From assembly GCA_913020075.1 (NCBI GenBank), contig CAJWAE010000001.1:1425-65424 (forward strand): a stretch of 64,000 nucleotides of DNA. The letters run 5' to 3'. A program made the translations under genes and the position numbers. This stretch comes from an uncultured Flavobacteriaceae bacterium (GTDB lineage Bacteria; Bacteroidota; Bacteroidia; Flavobacteriales; Flavobacteriaceae). Shown here piece after piece: positions 47,463 to 58,001 of the stretch. Within the stretch, counting starts at the first letter, position 1; the number at the start of each line of letters is the position of its first letter. The notes under the pieces were generated by a model that was not told the origin of the DNA, made no database searches, and saw nothing but the letters and a program-made list of their open reading frames with translations.

Positions 47463-47942
47463 TTAATGGTTAACTAAATAAGCTTTCATTGAGCTACGGT
47501 CCATTTGAACTGTATCCCAATCTCTAAGAACATTAGCACCGCTTTTTTGATAAAAACTTATTGCAAGTTTATTCCAATCTAAAACATTCCATTCCAGGCG
47601 TTTTACACCTGCATTATATGCATGATGAATAAACTTAGAATAAAGCTGAGTACCGAATCCTTTACCTTTATATGGCTCCGAAACAATTAGGTCTTCTAAA
47701 TGAAATGTAGGCCCTTTCCATGTCGAAAATCGAGAATAAAACAAAGCCATTCCAACTACTTTACTATCAAATTCAGCTACATAACACTCAAATAATGGAA
47801 CTTTTCCAAAACCATAATTTTCAATATCTGAGAGTGTTAATTCTACACTTTTAGGCTCCTTTTCATACAAAGCTAATTCTTGTATTAATCCTAAAATTGC
47901 AACACTGTCGCTTTTGATTGCACTTCGAACATTCGATTTCAT
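47463..47942 (-). CDS. GNAT family N-acetyltransferase
   Basis: 159 aa with the acetyl-CoA motif YKGKGFGTQL and NKLAISFYQKSGA. Confidence 0.8.
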   Translation of the reverse strand: MKSNVRSAIKSDSVAILGLIQELALYEKEPKSVELTLSDIENYGFGKVPLFECYVAEFDSKVVGMALFYSRFSTWKGPTFHLEDLIVSEPYKGKGFGTQLYSKFIHHAYNAGVKRLEWNVLDWNKLAISFYQKSGANVLRDWDTVQMDRSSMKAYLVNH

Positions 47943-48034
47943 TCTGATAGTTTAGATTATAAAAGTAAAGCATGGCAAGCATAATACCTTAACTCCAGTT
48001 AAATTTCACATAATTAAAATAGAATGTGAAAAAA

Positions 48035-48814
48035 TTAAACGTGTTTTTGAAGCCATTCGGTAACCACCTTAAAAAATAAATTAGGGTTTTCAGCATGAAG
48101 CCAATGACCTGAATCTGGAATGGTAAACTGTTCAGCTTTTGGAAAGTGATGATGTATTAAGTAAGTATCAGTTTCAAGAATATAATCAGAATTGGACCCT
48201 TTAAGAAAAAGACAGGATAAATCACATATCATCTCCGAACTCAATCCTTCACCAACAGAATTATTGGCGTTTTTTAAAACATCAATATTTAACCTTAAAC
48301 CTAATTTATCTTGTTCAACCCAATATAAATTTTTAAGAAGAAACATTCGAGTGACAGCATCCGAAACATATTTTGTTAATTGCAAATCGGCATCCAATCT
48401 ATTTCTGATTTTTTTAAAGTCCAATAGAGATAAACCAATTAAAATTTTTTTATGATCTGGCTTATATGTTTTTGGAGAAATATCAGCTACTACAAAGGTT
48501 TTTATTAGTTCTTGGTGATTACAAGCCAAATGCATAGCTGTTTTGCCCCCCATAGAGTGACCCAAAACTATAATGTTATTTAAATCATGTGACTTACAGT
48601 AATCTACTACGTCTTCTGTCATTAATTTATAAGTAAAATCGTCATCCCAAAAACTTCTACCATGATTACGCTGATCTATTAAATGAACTCGAAATCCAAT
48701 GTTTGACCAATTTTTGGCATGAGTTTTCCAGTTGTCACCCATACCTAAAAATCCATGAAGAATCAATAAATCAAGTCCTTTATTACCAAAAATTTTACTG
48801 TGTAATATAGGCAT
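48035..48814 (-). CDS. Alpha/beta hydrolase
   Basis: LLILHGFLG, nucleophile elbow GHSMGG, and C-terminal SGHWLHAENP. Confidence 0.8.
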   Translation of the reverse strand: MPILHSKIFGNKGLDLLILHGFLGMGDNWKTHAKNWSNIGFRVHLIDQRNHGRSFWDDDFTYKLMTEDVVDYCKSHDLNNIIVLGHSMGGKTAMHLACNHQELIKTFVVADISPKTYKPDHKKILIGLSLLDFKKIRNRLDADLQLTKYVSDAVTRMFLLKNLYWVEQDKLGLRLNIDVLKNANNSVGEGLSSEMICDLSCLFLKGSNSDYILETDTYLIHHHFPKAEQFTIPDSGHWLHAENPNLFFKVVTEWLQKHV

Positions 48815-49527
48815 TACGATAAATGTTGAAGATACATTGGAATTACATTTTCGAATCCTAAATATAAACTTTCACAAATTAATGCATGTCCAATTGATAC
48901 TTCTAATAAACCAGGAATATGCTTAGCGAAAAAGGAGATGTTATCAAGATTCAAATCATGTCCAGCATTTAGGCCTAAACCCAGATCTGATATTTTTTTT
49001 GCAGCAGAAATATAAGGAGAAATAGCAGCTTCTGGGTTTGTTTTATAATTAGCTGCATATGACTCTGTATACAATTCAATACGATCGACTCCTGTTGAAA
49101 GAGCAGCTTCAATCATTATAACATCAGGGTCTAGAAAAATAGAAGTACGGATTCCTGCTTCTTTGAATTTAAGGATTGTATTTTTTAAGAAAACATTGTT
49201 TTTAATTGTATCCCATCCAGCATTTGATGTTAATGCATCAAATGCATCAGGTACCAGAGTAACTTGTGTTGGTCCAATGGATAATACTAAATCGACAAAC
49301 TCAGGAATAGGATTCCCCTCAATATTAAATTCAGTAGTAATTTCACTTGGAAGAGCTTGAGCATCTTTATAACGAATGTGGCGCTGATCAGGCCTGGGAT
49401 GAATTGTTATTCCTTGCGCTCCAAATCGCTGCAAATCACTGGCAACTTTAAGTAAATTTGGAGCATTACCTCCTCGAGAATTTCGAAGCGTGGCTATTTT
49501 ATTGATATTTACACTTAGTAATGGCAT
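48814..49527 (-). CDS. pdxJ: Pyridoxine 5'-phosphate synthase
   Basis: Trimmed to ATG 49527 (MPLLSVNINKIATLRNSRGG). Motifs: ITIHPRPDQRHI, VTLVPD, ELYTESYA, GHDLN. Confidence 0.9.
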   Translation of the reverse strand: MPLLSVNINKIATLRNSRGGNAPNLLKVASDLQRFGAQGITIHPRPDQRHIRYKDAQALPSEITTEFNIEGNPIPEFVDLVLSIGPTQVTLVPDAFDALTSNAGWDTIKNNVFLKNTILKFKEAGIRTSIFLDPDVIMIEAALSTGVDRIELYTESYAANYKTNPEAAISPYISAAKKISDLGLGLNAGHDLNLDNISFFAKHIPGLLEVSIGHALICESLYLGFENVIPMYLQHLS

Positions 49528-49630
49528 GTTTTTTTTGTAAAAGTAATAGCTCTCAGGGGGAATTAAAAACAAATAACTGTTTTTAATTAATATACCGTAA
49601 CATATAAATTAATAAAAACGATATTCTAAG

Positions 49631-49638
49631 TAGTTTTG
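49631..49638 (+). promoter_or_regulatory. -7 box TAGTTTTG upstream of nadK
   Basis: Exact TAnnTTTG match, 25 nt upstream of ATG 49664. Confidence 0.4.
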
Positions 49639-49663
49639 TACATTTACATCAAGAACACAATAC

Positions 49664-50536
49664 ATGAAGGTTGCAATTTTTACTGCATTTTTTTCTCAAG
49701 AGACCATGACATATGTCAAGTCGGTTATTCAGTATTTAGAGAGAAAAGAACATGAATTAATTTTAGTTGATCGTTTAAAAAAATACCTTGGTGGTGATTC
49801 TTTCAACTATTTTGATGATGACAAAGCTTTAACTGGAGTTGATTTTTTATTTTCTATTGGTGGTGATGGAACCATTCTTAGAGCTGTAACTCTCATTCGA
49901 GATTCTGGAATTCCGATTTTCGGAATTAATACAGGACGTTTAGGATTTTTAACTTCTTTACATCGCGATGAACTGGAGGAAGGCTTGGATTTATTTTTTT
50001 TAAAGAAGTATACTTTGATTGAACGCTCATTACTTCAAGTATCATCAAAAGAGCCAATTTCAGCTTTCGAAGAAATAGGGTTTGCGCTGAATGAAGTTAG
50101 CGTGAATAGAAAAAACACAACCTCGATGTTGAGTATTAAAACTGAAATAGATGGTCAGTATTTGACAACATACTGGTCTGATGGTTTAATTATCTCTACC
50201 CCAACAGGCTCAACAGGTTATTCGCTTAGTAGTGGGGGACCAATTGTTTCTCCTTCGTCACAATGCCTCATCCTGAACCCAATAGCTCCTCACAATATTA
50301 ATATGAGACCACTTATTGTACCCGATAATATATCAATTAAAATTTCGGTTACTGGGAGAGACAAGAATCATCTGCTCTCATTAGACTCAAGAATAGTAAC
50401 TCTTGAAAACGGAAATAATATACATTTAAAAAAAGCTTCTTTTACAATACGAACCGTTCAATTAAATGGGTCATTTTTTTACAATACCCTTAGAGAAAAA
50501 CTTTTTTGGGGTCAAGACAGCCGTAATACACAATAA
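49664..50536 (+). CDS. nadK: NAD kinase
   Basis: SIGGDGTILRA, GINTGRLGFL, STPTGSTGYSLSSGGPIV. Confidence 0.9.
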   Translation: MKVAIFTAFFSQETMTYVKSVIQYLERKEHELILVDRLKKYLGGDSFNYFDDDKALTGVDFLFSIGGDGTILRAVTLIRDSGIPIFGINTGRLGFLTSLHRDELEEGLDLFFLKKYTLIERSLLQVSSKEPISAFEEIGFALNEVSVNRKNTTSMLSIKTEIDGQYLTTYWSDGLIISTPTGSTGYSLSSGGPIVSPSSQCLILNPIAPHNINMRPLIVPDNISIKISVTGRDKNHLLSLDSRIVTLENGNNIHLKKASFTIRTVQLNGSFFYNTLREKLFWGQDSRNTQ

Positions 50537-50601
50537 AACTAAGATTTATAGGTTATAAAGTTCCTTCTAACTTTTAATCAAAAAATTGGTTTTTTTTATA
50601 A

Positions 50602-51309
50602 ATGTATTTAAAATATGTTCACATATTATTCTGTTTTTATGCAGTATTTACAGAAGCCCAATATCATGAATTAGGTGCTTTTGTTGGAGGAAGTAATTAC
50701 ATAGGAGATATTGGAACGAATAGATATTTAGATCCTAATTCTTTAGCTTATGGAGTGATCTATAAATGGAATAAAACAGATAGGTTTTCTTTTAGGGTAG
50801 GTTTTACATTAACAAAATTAACAGAAACGGAATTTAACAATAATGATCTAAGTCGTTTTAATAGATCTTATGAAATGGATAATGATATTCAAGAAGTAAT
50901 GGCTGGCTTTGAGCTTAATTTTAAGAAATTTAATCTTCATACTGAGAGAGTAAGTTTTACTCCTTTTATTTTTTATGGATTAAGTTATTTTAGATATAAT
51001 CAATATTATCAAACCCCGAATGGACCTTTTGAATCTCCTAATATTAATGATTATGGTAAAGATCAAAAAATTGCATTTCCAATTATTCTTGGACTTAAAG
51101 TAAACCCAAAACCTTATTTTGTTTTAGGTTTTGAAATAGGAGCTAGATATACATTAACCGACAACCTAGATGGAAGTAATCCAGAAAACCAATTTGGTGA
51201 TAATCCAGGATATAAATTTGGAAATATCACAAATAATGATTGGTACATTTTTACAGGTTTCACAATTTCTTTTACCTTTGGCGATCTTCCATGTTATTGT
51301 AAAGATTAA
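50602..51309 (+). CDS. Outer-membrane beta-barrel protein (DUF6089-like)
   Basis: Signal peptide and ELGAFVGGSNYIGDIG at the N-terminus. It has alternating beta-strand character and occupies the conserved position between nadK and uppS. Confidence 0.6.
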   Translation: MYLKYVHILFCFYAVFTEAQYHELGAFVGGSNYIGDIGTNRYLDPNSLAYGVIYKWNKTDRFSFRVGFTLTKLTETEFNNNDLSRFNRSYEMDNDIQEVMAGFELNFKKFNLHTERVSFTPFIFYGLSYFRYNQYYQTPNGPFESPNINDYGKDQKIAFPIILGLKVNPKPYFVLGFEIGARYTLTDNLDGSNPENQFGDNPGYKFGNITNNDWYIFTGFTISFTFGDLPCYCKD

Positions 51310-52028
51310 TGAATAAAAAACCAAAACATGTTGCCATCATCATGGATGGAAATGGACGATGGGCAAAGCAACAAGGAAAGCAGCGTGTAATGGGCCATAA
51401 TCAAGGTGCTCATGCTGTCAGAGAAATAGTTGAAGCTGCTGCTGAAGAAGGAATTGAATACCTTACCCTTTTTGCTTTTTCCACAGATAACTGGAATCGT
51501 CCTAAAGAAGAAGTCTCTATCCTAATGAAACTTTTAGTAAATTCTCTAAAAAGAGAATTTAGAAAACTCATTAAAAACAATATAAAGCTTAATTCAATTG
51601 GTGATATTGAATTACTTCCAATACCTGTAAAAGAAGAATTACAGTATGTGATTCAAAAGACTAAAAATAACTCAGGAATGAAACTTACGCTTGCTCTTAA
51701 CTATGGTGCTAAGGAAGAATTAACAAGAGCGGTAAGGGCAATTGCATTTAAAGTTAAAAATAGTATAATTTCACCTGAAAAAGTTGACCAATCCACGATA
51801 ATTGAGCATCTTTACACGCGAAATTTACCTTTGGTTGATTTGCTAATAAGAACAAGTGGCGAAGAACGAATAAGTAATTTTTTATTATGGCATATTGCCT
51901 ATGCAGAACTGTATTTTACTAAAACTCTATGGCCTGATTTTGCTAAAGAAGATTTACACAAAGCATTACTAAACTACGGAAAACGAGAACGAAGATTTGG
52001 AAAAACGAGTGAACAAGTCAATGCTTAA
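51309..52028 (+). CDS. uppS: Isoprenyl transferase (undecaprenyl diphosphate synthase)
   Basis: HVAIIMDGNGRWA, LTLFAFSTDNWNRP, IRTSGEERISNFLLW. Confidence 0.9.
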   Translation: MNKKPKHVAIIMDGNGRWAKQQGKQRVMGHNQGAHAVREIVEAAAEEGIEYLTLFAFSTDNWNRPKEEVSILMKLLVNSLKREFRKLIKNNIKLNSIGDIELLPIPVKEELQYVIQKTKNNSGMKLTLALNYGAKEELTRAVRAIAFKVKNSIISPEKVDQSTIIEHLYTRNLPLVDLLIRTSGEERISNFLLWHIAYAELYFTKTLWPDFAKEDLHKALLNYGKRERRFGKTSEQVNA

Positions 52029-54564
52029 TCTAACTTACAGATATCTACTTGTTTGTATTCTTCTATTTATAGTAGGTCAAGTGCAAGCTCAGACGAAGGG
52101 TTTTGTGAAAGGTAAAATGTATGTGATAGATTCAATAAAAGTTTCTGGACTTAAAACATTTAACGCACAAACCGTTATTTCTTATAGTGGCTTAAGAAAA
52201 GGTAAAAAAATTCAAGTTCCTGGAGAAGAGGTTAGCGGAGTTTTAAATAAACTATGGGGACTTGATTTATTTAGCGACATTAATTTTTATGTTATAAAAG
52301 TAGACGGTGAGAAAATATCTGTAGAAATTGAAATAAAAGAACTCCCTACCCTATCAGACGTAAAAATTAAGGGTATTAAAAATAGTCGTACCGAGACCAT
52401 AATAAAAGACACCGAATTAACAAGTGGCAAAAAAATTTCGGAAAGCTTTTTGACTAATACCAAAAATTATATTGAAAATAAATTTCGGAAAGATGGGTTT
52501 TTAAATACTAAAGTTTCTCTTAAAACAATCAAAGACAGTATAGCTGGTGACAATACATATAAAATATTGGTTAATGTTGACAAAGGACCACGTGTAAAAA
52601 TAAGAGACGTCCAGTTTGAAGGAAATAATATTTTTAAGAAACGTAACCTACAATTTAAATTAAAAAATACAAAGCATAAGACTTCTGTTAGATTTTGGAA
52701 AAGATCAAAATTTGTTGAAGAGGATTTCAAAGAAGATTTAACAACACTCATTGAATTTTATAAAGAAGAAGGATACAGAGATGCTCGGGTTTTAAAAGAT
52801 ACATTAGTTAAAAATAATGATGGATCTAATACAGTTGATCTTAAGCTTAAAATTGAAGAGGGAAATAAATATTATCTAGGGAATATTGATTTTATTGGCA
52901 ATACTACTTATTCTAATGCTGTTTTAGAACGAATTCTTGGATTAAAAAAAGGAGATGTTTATAATGGAGTTTTATTAAAAAAGCGTATTGCAGATAATAC
53001 AAAACCTGACGCAAATGACATTACCAACCTTTACCAAAATAGTGGGTATTTATTTTCTAACATTAATGCTGTGGAGGTAAGTGCAATAAATGATACCATT
53101 AATTTTGAAATCAGGATTACTGAAGGAAAGCTGGCAAGTTTTAATAAAATTCGAATAACAGGAAACACAAAAACGAATGATCATGTAATTTATCGAGAGC
53201 TTCGAGCAAAACCAGGTGAACTTTACAGTAAAGATAAGTTAGTTCGAACTTCAAGAGAATTAGGGCAATTGGGATTTTTTGATGCCGAACAAATTAATCC
53301 TGAATTCGAGAATGTGGATCCAAATTCAGGAACAATAGATATCGGATTTGATTTGGTAGAAAATGGTGCGAGTCAAATTGAGTTACAAGGAGGTTATGGT
53401 CAAGGTGGTTTTATTGGTACGCTAGGATTATCGTTTAATAACTTTTCAATGAGAAATATTTTTGATAAAAAAACATACAAACCACTACCAATGGGAGATG
53501 GTCAGAATTTAGCATTACGACTTCAAGCGAGTCAATTTTACAGTACTTATAGTTTTAACTTTGCAGAACCATGGTTAGGAGGACAACAGCCTGTTCAATT
53601 TTCAACCTCACTTCAGCATACTATTCAGTATCGATATGATTATTTTACAGGTCTTGCTGACAAAAGCCAATCCTTTCAGATTACAGGAATTACTCTGGGA
53701 CTTGCAAAACGTTTACAAAAACCTGATGATTTTTTTCAAATATCGCATGCAATTTCATATCAGTACTACAATTTAAATAACTATTATACGGGTTTATTTA
53801 CATTTGGAGATGGGGAAGCAAATAATCTGGCCTATACAGTTAGTCTATCAAGAAATAATACCCGCATTAATCCGATTTTTCCGGTTGGTGGATCTTCCTT
53901 TAACATAAGTGCCAAATTTACCCCACCTTACTCGATTTTCACAGGAAAAGATTACTCTGATTTAGAATCTCTTCCCGAGTTTCAGGATAGTAATGGAAAT
54001 CCACTACTTGCAGAAATTGATCAAGAGAAATTTAAATGGTTAGAATTTTATAAAATTAAATTTAATGGGACCTGGTATACAAAGGTTTATGATAAGTTAA
54101 TACTAAAAACACAAGCTGATTTTGGATTCATTGGAGCATACAATCAAAGTCGCGGGAATATACCATTTGAGCGTTTCTTTCTAGGAGGAGACGGAATGAT
54201 AAGCTATGCTTTGGACGGAAGAGAAACAATTCAATTAAGGGGGTATCCTAATCAATCTTTATCTAGTCGTGACGGGTCTGTTATATATAATAAATTTTCA
54301 TTAGAGCTCCGTTATCCTATAACTCTAAAGCCTAGTGCATCAATTTACGCACTTTCATTTCTTGAGGCCGGAAACGGTTACGATAGGTTTAGAGATTTTA
54401 ACCCTTTTAATTCTAAACGTTCTGCAGGAGCTGGTGTTCGAATTTTCATGCCTGCCTTTGGTTTATTGGGGATTGATTTTGGTTATGGGTTTGATAATCC
54501 TAACCCAAATTCAACTTCACCTAATGGATGGGAAACTCATTTCATAATTGGTCAACGATTTTAG
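52021..54564 (+). CDS. bamA: Outer membrane protein assembly factor BamA
   Basis: Trimmed to ATG 52021 (MLNLTYRYLLVCILLF..AQ). POTRA repeats are followed by a barrel ending FIIGQRF. Confidence 0.9.
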   Translation: MLNLTYRYLLVCILLFIVGQVQAQTKGFVKGKMYVIDSIKVSGLKTFNAQTVISYSGLRKGKKIQVPGEEVSGVLNKLWGLDLFSDINFYVIKVDGEKISVEIEIKELPTLSDVKIKGIKNSRTETIIKDTELTSGKKISESFLTNTKNYIENKFRKDGFLNTKVSLKTIKDSIAGDNTYKILVNVDKGPRVKIRDVQFEGNNIFKKRNLQFKLKNTKHKTSVRFWKRSKFVEEDFKEDLTTLIEFYKEEGYRDARVLKDTLVKNNDGSNTVDLKLKIEEGNKYYLGNIDFIGNTTYSNAVLERILGLKKGDVYNGVLLKKRIADNTKPDANDITNLYQNSGYLFSNINAVEVSAINDTINFEIRITEGKLASFNKIRITGNTKTNDHVIYRELRAKPGELYSKDKLVRTSRELGQLGFFDAEQINPEFENVDPNSGTIDIGFDLVENGASQIELQGGYGQGGFIGTLGLSFNNFSMRNIFDKKTYKPLPMGDGQNLALRLQASQFYSTYSFNFAEPWLGGQQPVQFSTSLQHTIQYRYDYFTGLADKSQSFQITGITLGLAKRLQKPDDFFQISHAISYQYYNLNNYYTGLFTFGDGEANNLAYTVSLSRNNTRINPIFPVGGSSFNISAKFTPPYSIFTGKDYSDLESLPEFQDSNGNPLLAEIDQEKFKWLEFYKIKFNGTWYTKVYDKLILKTQADFGFIGAYNQSRGNIPFERFFLGGDGMISYALDGRETIQLRGYPNQSLSSRDGSVIYNKFSLELRYPITLKPSASIYALSFLEAGNGYDRFRDFNPFNSKRSAGAGVRIFMPAFGLLGIDFGYGFDNPNPNSTSPNGWETHFIIGQRF

Positions 54565-54627
54565 TTTTATTTTACATTCAATTTTCGACTTTTAAAATAA
54601 CTTGCATTTAATCACGTTATAACATAA

Positions 54628-55218
54628 ATGAATAAGATCCTGTATAAAGTTTTTGTTTTATTTTTATGTTTTAATAGTCAAATTCAAGCCCAGAGGGGAA
54701 CTCGAGTGGGTTATATTGATATGAATATAATTCTTGATAATATTGGTGAATATAAAAAAGCTAGCCAACTGTTGGATAAAAACGTGGAGAAATGGAAAAA
54801 AGAGATCGAACTTAAAAAAATTCAACTAAAACAATATCAAGATCAACTAAATATTGAAAAAATTCTTCTGACTCCTGAACTAATTAATGATCGAGAATTA
54901 GAGATACAAGATTATGCTTCCGAAATTATATCCCTTCAAGAAAAACGCTTTGGAACTAGGGGTGATATGCTCATTCAAAGATCGAAACTAATTCAACCTG
55001 TTCAGGATCAAGTCATGAGTATCGTAAAAAAAATTGCAGAAGAAAAAAAATATGATTACGTTTTTGACAGATCTTCTAACTTAACAATGTTATATTCGGT
55101 AAAAAATTACGATATTAGCGACCTTGTTATAAAAAGAATAAATAGACAACAAAAAATTCAAAAAAGGAAAGACCAAATTGAGAAACTTAAAGCAAAAACC
55201 TCCTCTTTAAATAATTAA
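54628..55218 (+). CDS. OmpH/Skp family periplasmic chaperone
   Basis: Signal peptide and coiled-coil-rich sequence, with YDYVFD near the C-terminus. It follows bamA. Confidence 0.8.
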   Translation: MNKILYKVFVLFLCFNSQIQAQRGTRVGYIDMNIILDNIGEYKKASQLLDKNVEKWKKEIELKKIQLKQYQDQLNIEKILLTPELINDRELEIQDYASEIISLQEKRFGTRGDMLIQRSKLIQPVQDQVMSIVKKIAEEKKYDYVFDRSSNLTMLYSVKNYDISDLVIKRINRQQKIQKRKDQIEKLKAKTSSLNN

Positions 55219-55233
55219 TATTTACACAAATAC

Positions 55234-55740
55234 ATGAAATATCTATCCACTCTAATCGTAACTTTATTATTGTTCTTTGCTCCGTTAAACGTGACATCAC
55301 AATCTAAAGTAGCTCACATTAATACTCAGCTATTAATAAGTGAAATGCCAGAAGTTATTTCTGCTCAAAACGAATTAAAAAAACTTGAAGACCAGTATGC
55401 TAAAGAAATGGAAACCTCTGTTAAAGAATTCCAAACTAAAGCACAAAATTATCAAGGAGATGCTCAAAACCAGACAGAATTAATCAACCAACAACGTCAG
55501 CTTGAATTACAGGAAATGCAACAACGTATTCAAGATTTCAGAGAAACTGCTGCTGCAGAATTACAAAAGCGTTCAGCTGAAATGATGCGTCCTCTCTACG
55601 ATAAAGCACGCGTTGCGATTGAGAAAGTTGCTACTGCTCAAGGCTTTGACTATGTTGTTGACTCAAGCCCAGGAGGAAGCGTAATCATGGCCTCTGGAAA
55701 AGACTTAATAACTGACGTGAAAACAGAACTTGGATTTTAA
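55234..55740 (+). CDS. OmpH/Skp family periplasmic chaperone
   Basis: Signal peptide, KVAHINTQLLISEMPE, and GFDYVVDSS. Confidence 0.85.
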   Translation: MKYLSTLIVTLLLFFAPLNVTSQSKVAHINTQLLISEMPEVISAQNELKKLEDQYAKEMETSVKEFQTKAQNYQGDAQNQTELINQQRQLELQEMQQRIQDFRETAAAELQKRSAEMMRPLYDKARVAIEKVATAQGFDYVVDSSPGGSVIMASGKDLITDVKTELGF

Positions 55741-55762
55741 TTATCCTATTTACATTCAATTA

Positions 55763-55792
55763 AAAGCTGTCCTTACGGACAGCTTTTTTTTT
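55763..55792. terminator. Strong intrinsic terminator between convergent ompH and the gamma-CA-like gene
   Basis: The sequence aaagctgtcc-ttac-ggacagcttt is followed by a T-run and preceded by A residues, so it is usable on both strands. Confidence 0.75.
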
Positions 55793-55794
55793 GA

Positions 55795-56307
55795 CTACTC
55801 TTTAAACCAAGATGCATATTTTATATAGTTTGATGCGATCCTTTCAATTTCATTTTTTTTTAAATTTTGATCAACTTCCTTGATTTTTTTAGCCGGTAAG
55901 CCACCGTAAATTGAACCTGGAGGAATAATAGTGTTTTTAGTTACAACAGCACCAGCAGCGATTATACTATTACTTCCTATCACACAATGATCCATAATGA
56001 TACTTCCCATTCCGATAAGCACATTGTCATGAATCGTGCATCCATGAATAATAGCATTATGTCCAATCGAAACTCCATTTCCTATATGGGTAGAAGATGT
56101 TTCAAAAGTAGCATGAACAACTGCGCCATCTTGAATATTAACTCTATCCCCTATTCGTATTGCGTTAACATCGCCGCGAATAACGGCTTGATACCAAACA
56201 GAGCATTCACTTCCCATTATAATATCCCCTATTAAAGTTGCGTTTTCTGCAAAAAAACATTCCTTCCCATAAAAAGGAGTAAAACCACGTACTGATTTAA
56301 TTAACAT
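55795..56307 (-). CDS. Gamma carbonic anhydrase-like / hexapeptide-repeat (LbH) protein
   Basis: SVWYQAVIRGDVNAIRIGDRVNIQDGAVVH and a series of hexapeptide repeats. Confidence 0.8.
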   Translation of the reverse strand: MLIKSVRGFTPFYGKECFFAENATLIGDIIMGSECSVWYQAVIRGDVNAIRIGDRVNIQDGAVVHATFETSSTHIGNGVSIGHNAIIHGCTIHDNVLIGMGSIIMDHCVIGSNSIIAAGAVVTKNTIIPPGSIYGGLPAKKIKEVDQNLKKNEIERIASNYIKYASWFKE

Positions 56308-56388
56308 AAATATTTACTTTAACACAAAGTACAAAAGATTTTATTTAAGAAGCCTCTAGTTTTAGACATCTAATTGTTTACCTTTTCT

Positions 56389-56396
56389 TATTTTTG
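56389..56396 (+). promoter_or_regulatory. -7 box TATTTTTG upstream of the nifU-like gene
   Basis: Exact TAnnTTTG match, 14 nt upstream of ATG 56411. Confidence 0.4.
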
Positions 56397-56410
56397 AAAA
56401 AACAATAACA

Positions 56411-57301
56411 ATGAAAATCTATCGGATTGATGCTTCTTATAAAAAAAAGAATAGTTGGGCGCATTTTGAAGTTGACCAATCTATCGGACCAAAAGAAATA
56501 TTACAATACAAAAATATTGATGCTGCCAAAGAATCTCCTCTTGTTCAGCAGTTATTTTATTTACCTTTTGTGAAGTCTGTTAATCTTTCTGACAAAACAA
56601 TTTCAGTTGAACGTTTTGATATTTTAGAATGGGAAGATGTAATAATTGAGGTAAAAGAGCAACTCGAAACCTATTTGAATGATGGTGGTATAGTTATTGA
56701 GGCCAAAAAAAATGATAAAATTCCTGTAAGCGTGTATGCAGAAAGCACCCCCAATCCGGGAGTAATGAAATTTGTAGCTAATAAGCAGCTGGTTTCACAA
56801 AGTGTAGAATTTAAAAACATAGATGAAGCAAAAATTTCACCTCTTGCGCAAAAGCTTTTTCATTTTGCCTATGTTAAAGAAGTATTCATTGATGTTAATT
56901 ATGTATCCATTACCAAGTACGAAGTAACCGAGTGGGATTCTGTAGTCATGGAAATTCGCGAATTTATTAGAGCATTTATTGAGCAAGGAAACTTAATACT
57001 AACTGAGGTCCCAACTCCAATAAATACTAATTCTGACAAGGAAAGTATCGAAAATTTAAATCCCACAGAGGAACAAATTGTCTCTATTTTAGAAGAATAC
57101 ATTAAACCAGCAGTTGCCTCAGATGGTGGGAACATCAAATTTGAATCTTACGATGAAAGCAACAAGTCAGTTCACGTTATTCTTCAAGGAGCCTGCAGCG
57201 GATGTCCGTCATCTACTTTCACTCTTAAAAATGGAATTGAAAATATGCTTAAAGAAATGATGCCAGGAAAAATAAACACCGTGGTAGCTGTTAATGGTTA
57301 A
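56411..57301 (+). CDS. NifU/Nfu family Fe-S cluster protein (two Nfu_N-like domains plus a NifU C-domain)
   Basis: Duplicated ...SPL.QQLF..P.VK.V modules. C-terminal IKPAVASDGGNIKF...LQGACSGCPSS (CxxC). Confidence 0.8.
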   Translation: MKIYRIDASYKKKNSWAHFEVDQSIGPKEILQYKNIDAAKESPLVQQLFYLPFVKSVNLSDKTISVERFDILEWEDVIIEVKEQLETYLNDGGIVIEAKKNDKIPVSVYAESTPNPGVMKFVANKQLVSQSVEFKNIDEAKISPLAQKLFHFAYVKEVFIDVNYVSITKYEVTEWDSVVMEIREFIRAFIEQGNLILTEVPTPINTNSDKESIENLNPTEEQIVSILEEYIKPAVASDGGNIKFESYDESNKSVHVILQGACSGCPSSTFTLKNGIENMLKEMMPGKINTVVAVNG

Positions 57302-57987
57302 TCCATTATGTTTTTCTTTGGAAGTGTAGCCTGGAAATCTTTTAAATAAAAAGGCTCAAAATAGGCTATATCTTCAAAACTACTTTGATTAAATTTTGTC
57401 CACGCTAAAGAGATCATATATTGAGCAGAAGGGTAGAAAATCTCAGGAGTTAATTTTACATTTATTTCAGGTTTTAATGATTTAAATTTTAATGCTCCGT
57501 CTCCAAGAATTAAACAAGGTTTATTTCCTACAATATTAGTAAAACTACTTTTTGACAAAACCATTGCAGTTGTTTGATAAATCCAATTTTTATTTGCATC
57601 AAATACAGCTGTATAGACTTCCATTCTTCTGGCATCCAACATAGGAATTATATACTCATCTTTTCCAATTGTATGTGGTTGGACCATTGTCTCAAGTGTA
57701 TTTAAAGCAATTAAAGGTATATCTAATGCAAAACAAAACCCTTTTGCAGATGCTACACCAATTCGAAGTCCTGTAAAAGAGCCAGGGCCTTTACTAATTG
57801 CAATTGCATTAAGTTGGTTTATTTTTAAACCTGAGAGTTTAAGTACTTCTTCGATAAAAGAATGTAATTTTTCACTGTGACTATAAGTCTCGGTAAGCAA
57901 TTCTTTTTTTGCTAAAATTCGATCTTGAAAACTTATGGCTACAGAACATTGCTTTGTTGTTGTGTCTAAATGAAGAATATATGCCAT
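57298..57987 (-). CDS. tsaB: tRNA t6A37 biosynthesis protein TsaB
   Basis: ILHLDTTTKQCSVAI and ISKGPGSFTGLRIGVASAKG. Confidence 0.85.
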   Translation of the reverse strand: MAYILHLDTTTKQCSVAISFQDRILAKKELLTETYSHSEKLHSFIEEVLKLSGLKINQLNAIAISKGPGSFTGLRIGVASAKGFCFALDIPLIALNTLETMVQPHTIGKDEYIIPMLDARRMEVYTAVFDANKNWIYQTTAMVLSKSSFTNIVGNKPCLILGDGALKFKSLKPEINVKLTPEIFYPSAQYMISLAWTKFNQSSFEDIAYFEPFYLKDFQATLPKKNIMD

Positions 57988-58001
57988 AACGTTTTAGCAG
58001 T

